Assembly (NCBI GenBank): GCA_002633005.1
Contig: NMRA01000228.1
Span: forward strand, 8,676 to 72,675
DNA length: 64,000 nucleotides
Direction: 5' to 3'
DNA from: Phoronis australis
Taxonomy: Eukaryota > Animalia > Phoronida
How positions within the stretch are numbered: position 1 is the stretch's first letter; every line of letters starts with the position of its first letter. The notes under the pieces were generated by a model, which ran no database searches, was not told where the DNA came from, and saw only the letters and a list, made by a program, of their open reading frames with translations. The translations under genes were made by a program, and so were the position numbers. This document shows, piece by piece, positions 13,515-26,900 of the stretch.

Positions 13515-15212
13515 CAGGCTAAAATTAGTAAAAAATACAACGCGAAGAGAACTGCAATCGCTGATAACCAAGAAAGGTAGTTACGTTAAACACGTCTCAC
13601 GTGAAAACGTGAGAGTGGGGGAGGACTGAGGAGGTGAGTACAGGCTTGCGAATTGATTTGCCAATGGAGAACGGAACACTTTCAGGAAGCCATGAAGCAC
13701 TGTGATCGCGGAACTCGGGCCAACGGACTCATTAAAATTGAAAGCGAAAACGGATAAAATACTAACAATTTGGCCCACGGGGTCATTCACACTGGCCCGT
13801 AGACTAGAGACCGGGCCGGTCAATATTCACCCATCTTTTACTAAAATGATCCCTGGGCAAGGAAGGATACCCTCCATACCAGTAAAAAAAGAAGTGACAG
13901 AGTGGGATATCCCTTTGGTGCCCTTATGGACCCGCACCATTTTTGAAAAGTTCTTAGCCAGATTCAGAAGTCCCGAGCTTCAACTTGTGTTTAAAATATT
14001 GAGCTTCGTTCGAAAAGATGGAGTTCAATCTGTTTAGAAGACAAACGAATAAACTAGTTGATAAGGTTATGGGATCACTGTAATTTCATTTCTTCTCGGA
14101 GTCTCATATTTCCCTCTTTTGCGTTTTTCAGGTGTTTGTAACTGGGGTTGAATAAAACTAGGAACCAGTTCCTAAAATAAAATGAGTTGCTCTCTCAATT
14201 CATTTTCTGCCTTGTCGAGAATTAACAGACAGTAAGTTGAATACACTAAAACCAGTATCGTGGTACACTACGTACACAATTTCAAAATTGATTAATTCAT
14301 ACCTATTGGTTGACCGTCATTGAGCACATTTATCTTCAATTTTAAAACCAGAAACATGACGATGTGATAAACTTTGGAGCAAGGGGGCGGGCATTTAGCT
14401 TCTTCGGCAGTCTTGATTAATAGCTTTGGAAGCTATCAAAGTCGGTGATAGGCTTGAACAAGTTTGTGGATAGCCAGGATCTCGAAAATTTTTGATTTTG
14501 CAATGGCAGTCGCTGGTGATCAATCTCATTAACAACGTAAACCAACACCAGCGTAAAGAATGCGCGAAGAGCTATATGACTTATAAAAGATGACAAAGGA
14601 ATCCCATGCTACAATGTCAATGAGGAACTAAGCACTGGAGTCGACACTCACACTGATTTTACCTTAAAGTTCGGTCGACGAGTAAAAAACGGATGAATGA
14701 ATTTGCAGGTACTGTGGCAATCTTGATCAACTGAACTTTTACTGACGAAATGAACACAAAATCGAAATGTGAATATGGAGGACAGTCAAAACTACGTTGC
14801 CGGTTGGCCTACTGCCGCATAGACCCCGGGACAACATTATCTACATTATCTGACAGTGAGGGTGTGCAGCCCGCACGCGACTTCAAATGGATCTTTCAAC
14901 GCCTGATCGAATTAAGGCTGAACAGGGGCGGATCCAGGATTTTGAGTTAGGGGGGGCTGGGCAGAGTGTTAGCCAGGATTTTGCCTGTCAGACATTCTCA
15001 CCCCCGTACTGCCAAATGGAATCTGGGAGAATTTCAGGGGGNGACGAAATGAACACAAAATCGAAATGTGAATATGGAGGACAGTCAAAACTACGTTGCC
15101 GGTTGGCCTACTGCCGCATAGACCCCGGGACAACATTATCTGACAGTGAGGGTGTGCAGCCCGCACGCGACTTCAAATGGATCTTTCAACGCCTGATCGA
15201 ATTAAGGCTGAA

Positions 15213-15363
15213 CAGGGGCGGATCCAGGATTTTGAGTTAGGGGGGGGCTGGGCAGAGTGTTAGCCAGGATTTTGCCTGTCAGACATTCTCACCCCCGTAC
15301 TGCCAAATGGAATCTGGGAGAATTTCAGGGGGCATGGCCCCCCCCCCTCTAAATCCGCCACTG
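15213..15363 (+). mobile_element. Short CAGGGGCGGAT-type MITE (family D)
   Basis: TIRs CAGGGGCGGAT / ATCCGCCACTG; further copies at 14923-15041, 24434-24581 and 40984-41136. Confidence 0.8.
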
Positions 15364-16749
15364 TAAAAAGCATCAAATATTGACAGCCGTAAAACATGTC
15401 GATTGATGAAGCAGTAATGATAGATATAACTACATCTTCACATAATAAAAACAGTAAGTCTTATGGTTGACAAATAACCCACACATGCCTTGGCAGTCAA
15501 TGGTCAGAACATGTAAGTGTTAGCTTGTGCTAGGTTTGTGTGAACGCGGCGACAAGTCACGTGTCTCATTGCAGGCTTTGCCACGAACAGAGACGGTAAA
15601 AGTATATGCCTTATATTGGCTCGTTTCAGGAGCACAGCTGGCTTGAAAACCCAAGCCACGGATGGTCAGTGACAAAATATCCCTTGTATTCTTACCTCAT
15701 TTGTCTTCAGTAGCACACGGCCTTGTAGTGCCTGGTGTTTTATGAGTGGCGCATTGACCTGCTTATAGTGGTATTGTCGGTTACTGCTCAGCTAACAACA
15801 CATGATTTATGACTTAATTGTCATTTCTGTTTATAGCTGTAGAAACATTTCACGGGCCACCGAACACGAAGTTTGAGGCAGGGTCTTCCAATCGCACTAT
15901 CCGTGATGCAAGTCGAGGCTCAGCTGAGACTACACGTGAAAAGAATGCACGTGGAAAAAAGTTTACCTCCCTCTGACCCCTACTTTTCAGGTTACAGTTT
16001 CTGTTCACCCTCACCCGGGCCCTTCTGAAGCTGTGGGACACAAAATAAGAATCCTAGTTCGAGGTAACGTAGCGCATAGTAAGTTTGTGATGTAATACTC
16101 CAGCCGGTTGGGTTATGAAGAGCTCAATAGTTTATTAATATCGATTTCATTGCCACTATATCCCACTTCATACAATGGTTCACTTCAGACTGAGCGATAG
16201 CTTCATCGCGGCAAAGAATCTATAAACCAGGATTACGTTCCGTACGTAAACGCTTTCTTCGCTTCAGTGTCGATATCTCGTCTTCGGTTGTCTCGAACCT
16301 AAAGTGGCCTCCATTCCAACTCGCTGATAAAAAACTAAGCTTTGTCAACCAGTAAAAGTATATATTTTCTGAAAGAAAAAAGACCAAGGAATACAAAAAT
16401 ATGTCTTACATTAATTTATGCGTCATTACTATTATTACGTAAATACCTATTTAAGTCAAATATCATGTTTGACAAAGGTACATTCATGAACCCCTCAGTC
16501 GATTCTAATGAAACCTTTTTAAATGAAAACTTCATCTCTTATACCTAAAAAACTCTAACAGGAATTTTCGAATAGTCTTTTCGTTTGATTTCTTTGAAAT
16601 CACCTGAATCCGGCCGACAATGCACTGGTCATTCTTGAACTCACCCGGCGATGTGTGACGGTGCCTGGATGCGGGAATAGTCTAGCCTCTGATATTTTTT
16701 CAGCTTTAGTCTTAGAACCACATTCCACAGCCGATCATGGACGCACCCA

Positions 16750-16950
16750 TCCTAAAAATGGTGGGCTCGAATTTTTGAAAATGTGTTTCGTTTACTAAGA
16801 TTCACGGCCGCCCGGGGTACGTTCAGAGCTAAGTGCATTCGACGAATTTTGGTAGCTCTTGCCTTTTTAGTGGACTTTTGTCTCGTTTTCTACTTTTTTC
16901 GGAGTTTCTCTAAGGCGGACCTTTGTGTCCACTTTGCCAAATAAGGGGCT
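16750..16950 (+). repeat. Interspersed repeat, copy 2
   Basis: Similar to 4035-4250. Confidence 0.7.
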
Positions 16951-17799
16951 CATTGGACGAGGCCCCCGAGCCCCCATCAAAATGTTCCGCGTTTTGATGC
17001 ACGGCGAAATTGACACAATATGCTATTGTAATTTCCCACGCGACATAGCCATGTTTCTCCGTTCTACTGAAAAGAATAAAAACGGGACGCTTCATGGGTT
17101 TTTGCGGCACCCGCAATTTCCCGTTAACGGTTGGATTAACAAAAACAACGCTGTCGGGCTCTTGGGTGTTACATCTCCGGTCGACAAAAAACGCTGTCGG
17201 GACGCTTTTGTGAGTTGCGCCGAACATTTCACCTTGCGTTTTGATCCAGATATCCTGCTTTTATCCACTTATTAATCCAATTTTGTCTCGTTTCTTCATT
17301 ATCGAATACATGTATAGACCGTGTCAACTATGCAACAGGTGCTCAAAATAACATTGTCTCGTCGTTATGAATATCGTTTTTTCCACAGCCCACTTTCTTT
17401 TTAGTAACATACGAGTCGTAAAAACGCGTACAAATGTCTCTTGTTTACGGTAACATACATCGGTAGGGACTACATGAATCAAGATCACTAATTTTTACTT
17501 TCTGAAGAAACTTCTATAGTACGTCCTACACTGCAACCAATATAATGACCTATCCACGACACATTTCAAAGTTTCATAATAGATGTTTGTCCATTTTGTA
17601 TTTACCTTCATGCGCACATTTCAGATAGATACTTGAAATAATTAGTTTATCACATTTTTGTTAATGTCACTGGGTACCCAATTTTTAGTTAATAATACAT
17701 TTTTATTAAAGGTCCAATTAATATACAGAGATGAATAATTTTGGAACAATGCCTGACTAAATTCTTCGAAACTGTGAAGGATGAATATTCTAACATCAA

Positions 17800-18685
17800 T
17801 TCAACATTATACACCGTGGCACAACTTGTTGAAATAGTACATGAGATTCATTTACATTTTGAGAAGGGAGAGAGTGTCAGGTCCATTTTTCTAGATATAG
17901 TTTCTGCTTTCGACTGTGTCCCTCACGACCTTCTACTTCACAAACTTCGATCCTATGGCATTACTGGTAATCTTTTAAACATGATCACCTCATATCTCTC
18001 CGAAAGAACATACAGTGTTCGTGTCGATGGCGTACTTTCAACTTTATCCCCTCCTGGATTTGTAAACGCAGGTGTACCGCAGGGTAGCGTATTGGGCCCT
18101 CTTCTCTTCTTGGTTTATATTAATGACCTTCCTGATAACCTGTCATGTAGCACATACCTTTATGCAGATGACACGGCGCTTTTTTACCCCTTCGCAGGGA
18201 GCAGCCCTGAATGTTCTTTGCAGCTTCAACACGACTTAAATAAACTAAGCTANNNNNNNNNNNNNNNNNNNNNNNNNNNNNNNNNNNNNNNNNNNNNNNN
18301 NNNNNNNNNNNNNNNNNNNNNNNNNNNNNNNNNNNNNNNNNNNNNNNNNNNNNNNNNNNNNNNNNNNNNNNNNNNNNNNNNNNNNNNNNNNNNNNNNNNA
18401 AGCAACGTTAGCAAATTTTTATATACCGTTTATCAATATTGTTGCATCTGATTTCCCTACATGAATCTGTAAATATTTTTGTTTTTATATATCTGTAATA
18501 GCATGTCTAAGTATTGGAATACTTATTTTAGATACTACTTAATTGTATATATCTCTATGTATATAAGTTTCATTTATGAATTGTTTACAACCCAGATATA
18601 ATGCTTCGCGGTTTCTGGGTTTGTTATTATTTCTTTGTATGTTCTGTGTATCCTTCAATAAATATACATCACAGTGAAAAAAAAA
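17800..18685 (+). mobile_element. 5'-truncated CR1/L2-group LINE (RT fragment plus 3' UTR)
   Basis: [33 protein letters not shown] and YADDT motifs at 17880-18250; N-gap 18253-18399; 3' stem-loop ~18587-18623, AATAAA and short A-tail. Confidence 0.93.
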
Positions 18686-19585
18686 TTATAGGGTAGATAT
18701 CTTTTAAAATCATTGGAATTATTTCCCTAATGGTTTAAGTAGTCATTTATATAACCTTTCTGGTTCATTACCTTCTTGATGTTACTCTGTTATTTTTTGT
18801 GCTTTGGTAACATTCTTGGTTTTTAGAATTAGAATTACAAAATATGTTCAAACCCTCTCACGTATTCGAAATTATAATTATTCATGGGTTAAATTATTTA
18901 TCTTTTGGTTCTGGAATAATGATACACCACCAACAACTGACTACGCCATTCGGAGTTGGGAAAAGTTTTAGTGAAGGTAAATTCCATAGCAAACGGTACA
19001 AACGAATGCAAACAAATTCCAGGCTTGCGCGGTGCAACCTCAGCGGCGCGAGATGGAAGTTGCCATTCCAAGGCTAGAGCTCATGACGTCATCATGGTTT
19101 CATCAGCTGATAAACGCTCTCCTCTGGGCGTCATTGGGACTTCAACACCGATTTCATCCACGTACGTTATGAGCCAAACTTTTTTGGGGGCCTGCGCCTT
19201 GGCCAATGACTTTCATCAACTAACAAACCGCATTCTTCGACCTGGAGCCTGTTTCTCGACGAGACTATTGGAGATGTTCTCGAGAAGCGTTTCGGCCATG
19301 TTGTGGCAGTTCTGCCGGCGTTCTAGATTCGAGACATCCGAAGTGCAATTGTCTTCCTAATCGCTTCTTGTAAATTGTTTCGGCGTTGAAAACTTCGTGT
19401 TGTTATCCATTTGAAACTGCGAAATTCAATTCTTAAAGGTCATGTGAATAGGACGGAGCAATGGATGATTATTTTATACCAACTTGACATCTTTTGAAAC
19501 TGTGACGGTGGAACACTCCGAATTTCTTTGAAAACCTTTTGCTTGACAAAACTGCAAAGCAAAGTCAGCACATGTGAGAACAAAC

Positions 19586-19806
19586 GGGCCCGTTCCAAGA
19601 AAACTGACTTAGCTAAGGCAAATCTTCAATTTCAATCAATTTTACGATAGAACCTAAATTTAACTCAAGTCTCAAGTTTCCAGAAAGAGATCTTTTAAGT
19701 TTTCACTTCAGTCTATTTATCTTAATTTCGACTAACTTACCAGATGTTGTGACAAATCTTAGACTAAGTTAAAAGTGAACTTGAGGCAGCTTCTGGGAAC
19801 GGGTCC
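19586..19806. mobile_element. PIF/Harbinger-like MITE
   Basis: TIRs GGCCCGTTCCAAGAA / TTCTGGGAACGGGTCC; same family as 42249-42496. Confidence 0.75.
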
Positions 19807-20764
19807 CTGTTTTCTGTATCGTACACTAGCAAATGATAAGTCCTGCGGCTGTAATGTTGAACTGTGGGATATCAGTCACAGCTTCATAAGCCAAAATTTC
19901 TCGCCACACGATCAACTGCTTCGCGAGAGTCATGCGTTTTGGGACGCAACAGTCAATTATAATACGATGGTAAGTGGTCTAATTTCAAAATTTGTTGTTT
20001 TTTGATAGAACGCGGGTCATTCGGTAAAAATCGTCACACTTGCAGCCTACCACGACGCATTCTGAGAATAACATGAGTTGTACTCCCACGCCTGACAATA
20101 ACGATGACATATCTACTAAGAAACTAGTGCAAACCATTTTTGAGTTGAACAGACATCAATAACCGCACTCAATGGCGGGTAAATTTCCAAGGGGAGCTGA
20201 AGTTTAATCTCGCTCCCTTGACATTGGACAAAAATACCGCGTACACGGTTATAGTCGTTACACTATCAGCACAAACGTGTCCTGAATACTTTAATCAGTT
20301 GACCACCAATTTGTCTGAACATATTAAGCCGCTATTGTGATGTCAAGGTCAACTTTCATCACATGCATATTTGTTCTCCTGAAACAACATCATTGCGACC
20401 TCATCTTGTTTAATTGAAATTAGAAACAAGAAAATGTCTGGAATTAGCCTGGTGGCTATACTGAGGCTTCAGGCCCCGGTGGCTGAAACTAACCCGCCGT
20501 GACAAGCAACAAGGAACTGTCAAGTTTTCTCAAACTCAGAAACCTGAAGGAACAAGAGGAGGCATTTCGTCTAAATCTAGTTGTTTTTTTACAAAGGGCG
20601 AGGGTTTAATGAACTAATATAAGGCAAGACTTATCTCTCACCACAAGTTACTTCAGGAGACACAACTAAGCAAACGGGTTCCAAGCGGAACTCATCAACT
20701 CATTTTTATGCTTAGTCATATGTACACATATGTACATAATGAAGAGCGCAGATAAATAGTAATT

Positions 20765-20922
20765 TCACGTAGATTCACATAAAGATTCTTCCACATCAGA
20801 TTGTGGTTCCTCGTGCAGGTCCTTTGGTGGAGCCCACTGGTAATTTCTGGCCACGAAAACTAGGAATACCAAGCCGACTGTCAATAGTCCTCCAACTCCA
20901 AATAGGTAATACACGAGATGAC
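20765..20922 (-). CDS. SLC15 last coding exon
   Basis: GHLVYYLFGVGGLLTVGLVFLVFVARNY..CEST*. Confidence 0.88.
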
Positions 20923-23900
20923 CTGCAACAACAAATAAAAAAGATACTAAACCCTGTTTAGATGATTTCAACCAATCCTCGTTCAGTCACCTGCTAATGC
21001 ACCATTGGCGTCAACCTTTCAAGTTAAAGGCAGGAATCAACTAAAAATTCATACTCCCTATGTGGCATATTGGACATTATGGTCCGTTAAAAGCGTAGGT
21101 CATGCTTGCCCGTTTAGCAGATTTTGAAAAGAGTTTTCAAATTTTCGTCCAAACTTTTGAGGGTTGTCGAGAGTTACTGAGCATAAGTTTATTTCTGAGA
21201 ACTGGATGGGAAAGTGCTTTTTAGTATCTGTTGACAAGCCAAAACAGCTAGAGTTTGGTATCATTTTAAATTATCACCCAGGAAAGTTACTGTGGTCATA
21301 GAACTCCAGAAACTACACGTTATTGTTGATCACAGTTCGTCATTCGCTAGGAAAGCGCCTCGATCACGCAAAGCAGAGTGGATGATTTTGGAGTGTGGGA
21401 ATCGTGTTCACATGTTCCAAAACACTACTTTGAAATCGTGGTGTTACTTAATAGTCTATAACACACAAAAAACCATTAGTTGGTGGTTGGCAAGATAGTC
21501 CAAAGGGTTCAAAGTCCGAAATGAAATTCCCTTAGGCAATAGGTCGAAGGACCGATATTCCGAAAAAAGGTGTGTCTTTGCCTCATTGATTTACCTTTTT
21601 TCACACCTTCGTGTGTTTCTTGATTGGCGACGGGTTGAAGCTTGTTATTTTCTACGAACACCTGGGTCCCGTTTTATGAAAGTTCAAGTCTTGAAGTTTG
21701 TATGTTGGCATGACGTCAACAGCATTGTTCAACACTGAAGCGCAACGCGACATCATGTGATGGAATGACAGCATTGTTATTTGGCCGTTTAAGTTAAGAA
21801 GATTAAAATATTTTCGTGAAACGGAGCCCTGGGTTATGGTTCTAATCGTAGTTCAGAATATCTTTTGGCATTTCCTATTCTATAGTGCGAATTCAAGACG
21901 AGTGTCTATTATTCTCTACTCCAGTACATAGGAGCTAGTTAGCACTTGGTGCCCCCACTGAACATTCAAGTTGAAAGTGCGAGTCTGAGCTGGAAATTTC
22001 GAGTTCTTACCCGAGTTCTTTTGTAACTGTGATACCCTATCTGTCTAGTTCAATACATGTATAAAGCTGCATTCCGTCAAAAAAAAACTATCTTTTGTCT
22101 TATATATGTCACTAACTTGCTCCTTACTCGATTTCGAGACTCCCGGACTTGGGCAGAAGTGTGGGTTGTTATCGCTTGCGATCTGGTTCGATATGTTGAC
22201 TTGTCACCGCGAATTATTTATGCGACGAGCATGCTCTTAGCCAGGAAATTATTCCTCGTCTGAGTAAGGAACAATTTTCGACCAATTTTACAACGGAAAA
22301 TGGTTAAAAACAAAAATTATTTTTGACGTCCAGCAGCTTCAACATGGCCAATCGTTGTTTTTCAATTTAACCTATATTTTGGAGCATCTTCCAGCGTTTG
22401 AGAAATGCTTTGAAATGATCAATGGAAGCAAATTGTTTATTGAAATTGCCCAGATATATTAGCTTTATGGGTAAGTGCAAATTACCGTAATCGTTCGGGT
22501 TAACGCCCATGCTCAGTTAGCCGCCCATCCCAGACTTTATGTGGATTTTCGATTTAACCGCCCACTGCTCGGTTAACCGCCCTCCCCCGATTTTTTGGAT
22601 TCGCCAATTTAACCGCCCAGGGCGGTAACCCGAACGATTATGGTACATATATGTAGCCGATTCCTGAAATACATGTCGCGCTACTTTACATCGACTTATT
22701 GGAGGCTATTTTTCCGCGAGATCGCATGACTGACATTTGCGAGGATATTTGACCAGTTACCGACTATTTACACTGATTTTGTCATTCCTTGTTCAACTTT
22801 ATTCTTATCTTTAGACATTTTTAGTTATCTCTAAAATGCAGACGAAGTGTATTAAAGAATGATTTCAAAGAGGCGGGAAAGAAAATGTAACTGTGCTGGG
22901 GTAGACCACGAGGTAGACACGAGGAAGCTCGCTTTCGGCAAGTGAACAAGCCGGCGTATGCAAACATCTGCTGGGAATTTCAAAGAAAAACTCCCTGGGT
23001 CACTTGCTGACATTCCCGGAACAAAAAGGGGTTGATTGAAATTAAAAAACTAACTAATTGGTAGCTAAAAAGCAAAAAAGATCTGGTGAAAATGCCTAGA
23101 AGATGAATCTACTCTGACAAACTCAGAAGATTTCAAGAAAATATTTTAACCCCATTTTATAAATGATTTTCGGATATCAAGGTGATCACGTTTCATTGAT
23201 AAAACAAGAAAATGCATACCTACAGAAAAACGCATCAAATCTCCATCCCAAAATCATTTCTAAAATGGTAGTGGAAGGTTTTCCCATGGGCAGATGATCG
23301 ATCTGAACATAACAATTCAAAAATAATAAAGTTCAGCAAAATTGTAAAATTAACCAGCTTAATTACCAGATTCCTCGCTTGGTACAGCAGCTATAGCAAC
23401 ATAATTCGAAATGGCCCAGATACAAAAGTGAAGTCCAATGACGAAACCTTCCAAGCCTTTTGGGGACTGTGTGAATGCGAAGTAGTAACCTGCAAAACAG
23501 TATCAAGAAGAAGCTGAAAATGAGCCAAGCGGTACCAATTGAAGTCATGCTGACATGACAGGATTTAAAAGGGGATTGTAGTAAAAAATAATGCAGCAGT
23601 TAACCGGGACTGGAAATTCCAGCTACTGCGCACTTGGGTAAAGTGAAGTATCTGCTGTGAGGAAACCAATATTAAAGCGGCAATAAACCGGAAGTCTGTT
23701 GAAGAAACGAAATTTTAATTGGCCTCAACTTGTTCCTAATTACTCAGGTGAGAAGTAATTTTTTATCTATAGGGGTACTGCCACTTATTCCCAGAGAACA
23801 TACTCAGCGAATAAAATGACAAGAGAAGGTGTAGAGCCCTGTCTCAAACAATAACGACCTGCCAGTTCTTTCCAAACCAAGAAAAGCACGCTATTTCGAC

Positions 23901-26900
23901 TTAAGAACAATTTATTTGAAACCAGTTTCATAATGGAATGTGGTCTAAAAAATTATTTTGTTTTTGACGGAAGGTGGGCTATAAACGCTGTGACTGCCCT
24001 TGACTAAACTGACGAGGCGTCTTGGGGCAAAATGCATGTCCCATGAATGGGGCAAAGCGTTCAGAGAAGCTGTCTTTCCATAACGGGAATCCTTTTCAAC
24101 CCTAGCAATACAAAGTTTGCCATACTTCAACAGGAAACGAAATCATGATCGTTCTCGCTTAGGATGTGTAAAAGCCACAGTCTACTGGGAATTCGTGTGT
24201 ATATGCGAAGTGTTACCTTATTATTGTTGGCCAAATGGGTGAACGTTATGCCATAAATTAGTGCGTAAATTTATTCTTGCAGAAGCCTTCAGTTTCGCAT
24301 TAGAGTGTTAGTAGGTAGACTGATATTCTTTCTCGACCAAGTGAATGTTAGTCCCAAATCCCAACGCAAAAGGTGATTTAGAACGGCAGATTTGGTACGG
24401 TTCTAAATTTAGTACGCTCGAAAAGACCGGACCAGCGAGCGTACCGGATTTTGAGTTGGGGGGCAGAGTATTAGCCAGGATTTTGCCTGTCAGACATTGG
24501 CACTCCCGAACTGCCCAATGGAATCTTGGAGAATGTTATGGGGGGGGCATGGCCCTTGGCCCCCCTCTAAATCTCCCACTGGAATACAAAAGCGCAATAC
24601 GAAAGGTTTGGCCCGGACTAAATTTGATCGACCGTCGTAAAGTTATCTCCCCGCGCGAGAGCGGAGTTCATACCGCCATAGTATCAGCCAGGCAGGATAC
24701 TGATATTACCTGTCGAAAAGCCGGAGGCACGTACATTGGTGAGTGATGTATGTGCTGGAGTGTTTTGTTTCGTGACTCCTGGGTTGTCCGACGCAGACGA
24801 TAATTCTGGGGAGCGTTCAGTGACCCTAGTGTCCCGCTAAAAAAGCAAGATTTCGCAAAATATGCCGCCACGTGTTTTTGACGAGATCACGACGTGCTTT
24901 TTGGATGAATTTCTCGCCGCGAGTTAGTTACTGCACGTTCCCCATAAATATTATGTGACAAATCTCCGGCTTTGTCATTAATAACATGCAGTCCCCACCT
25001 GAACTGCTACTCCTTAATAAACGAAAAATTACGTTCAAAGGGAGTCTTCCGAAAATAAGGCTTAATGTTAGGATGTATATAGCCCGCCTTCGCGCCCGCG
25101 GTTGCCAAGTTTGCCCGTCAGATTCGACATCTGCTCCTCGCCCCCATTTGGCGGGCACGCAGGCAGCTGGCTGCAATATTCTGCTTCCCGCCATTTCGCA
25201 CACCCTCGTCGTTGTCAGTGCTGTTTCTGTCTACTCACTGTTCACTGTACAATTTTAAAGTTAAACATGTCTCAAAATAAGAATATAAGTGACAATAGGT
25301 TTCAGATCCCTGTTGCGGTACAGCGTAGCGACACCTTTTGTTTAGCACGATGTATCTTTCAAGTTAGGACGGTGAAATGTTAGTCCGGTCTAGTGAGAAA
25401 GGTGACAATTTGGCCCGTATGGTAGGCTATCATACTGATCTAAAATATGCTCCGACCGCAAACTAGTCCGGACCAATTCTAATGCGAAAGCAGCTTTAGT
25501 GGCGCTATGTAAATTAATTGTTTGCTGCGTAAATTAAAGTTAATTTAGGTGCGTAATTCACGCACGGAAATAATTAACTCACGTGCGTAAATTACGGACA
25601 TAGAAATTCCTTTACGACGTTAAAAGTTACTTCACGCCGCAAATAATTACTTTACGTCGTTAATAAATAATTTACGCGATTAACAAGAATTTACGCACGT
25701 AATTAACGTGCGTAACGTTCACCAGTTTGGCCAACGGTACCTAGTCATGGGCAGAAACATTTCTACAGACAAAAAATTACAATACAGCCAAATTACAATA
25801 CAACCAAATTGTAATACAACCAAAGTATTAGACCAAGCTTCAGATAAAAGAACACTAATTACGCATCAGAACTTCTTTAATAATTTATAGTGGCTATCTT
25901 ACCGGCTACTCCAGCAAAAGACTCTCCCAGGGAAAGAAGCGCAACCTGGGGTAGATAAAACCATCCACTTGAGATATCTTGTGCTGGAATGAGTTCCATG
26001 GAGCCTCCAGAAATCATGGCTAATGTCATGAACACAAAACCCAGACCTGAGAACAAGAAATATTGGTTTAGAGAATTACATATCACTCACTGAATTCAGT
26101 GCAGTGAAAATTCATGGCTTAAGAACTCTCGAAGTTTTTTGCAGTGCCAACAGACAGTTTCGAGTGTATATAAGTGGACTATCATTTAAGATTTATACAA
26201 ATACAGGCAATGCCATTGATGCCATAACATGTTCCTTATTACGGATTTTGGTCAAGTCAAAATAAAGAAAATGATTTGCATTTGTATCTGTCAGTCCGGG
26301 GAGACTGTGGTATTACACTCTTGAGTGTCGTTCTCTCCAAAGTCCAAACCTATGCGTATCAGGTGTTCCCACGTAGCAGAAACTCAAATACGTCACTACA
26401 GTGATCCATTGGAAAGGCCGGAGCTGATACACCCGGCTCTGGCTTCGCCGAAGGAGTTGGATAGCTACGGAAATGACACTGAACCCTTAAAGAGACAAAG
26501 AGAAGTGTATGTACCCATCTGTGTGAAAGTGGAAACTTTTTCGTCAAAACGTTTCTCGAGTAAACCAGAGACCAAAAGTTGAGTAAGTGGTAAAAACAGC
26601 AACAGAGAACCACTGTTGATGGTGTTTAAATAGACATCTGCCAGGCAAACGTCCAGTGTGCTGTTTGACGTCGTGTTTGTTGCAACACATGTTGTCTTCA
26701 CCATCTGCGTGTGAAACGACGTGATGATCTGAAGAAGAGAGGATAAACATAAGTTTCAATACACGGCGCAAATCATACAACAGTAGTTTCCGCTCCCTTT
26801 GCCCTGTGTCACCACGATATCTCGCTCCCTTTGCCCTGTGTCACCACGATATCTCGCTCCCTTTGCCCTGTGTCACCACGATATCTCGCTCCCTTTGCCC

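Noticed and set aside
14743-15332. ~295-bp direct tandem duplication including a partial MITE
   Set aside because: The copies are joined by a single N at 15042 and differ by a 9-bp indel. This is most likely an unmerged contig or haplotype overlap.
15835-16045. GC-richer unique-looking patch, possible exon or structured RNA
   Set aside because: I recognise no protein or RNA family motif and found no phase-compatible partner exons.
16646-16700. RCVTVPGCGNS, THAP-like start
   Set aside because: Too short; the downstream FP, W and CxxHF motifs were not found.
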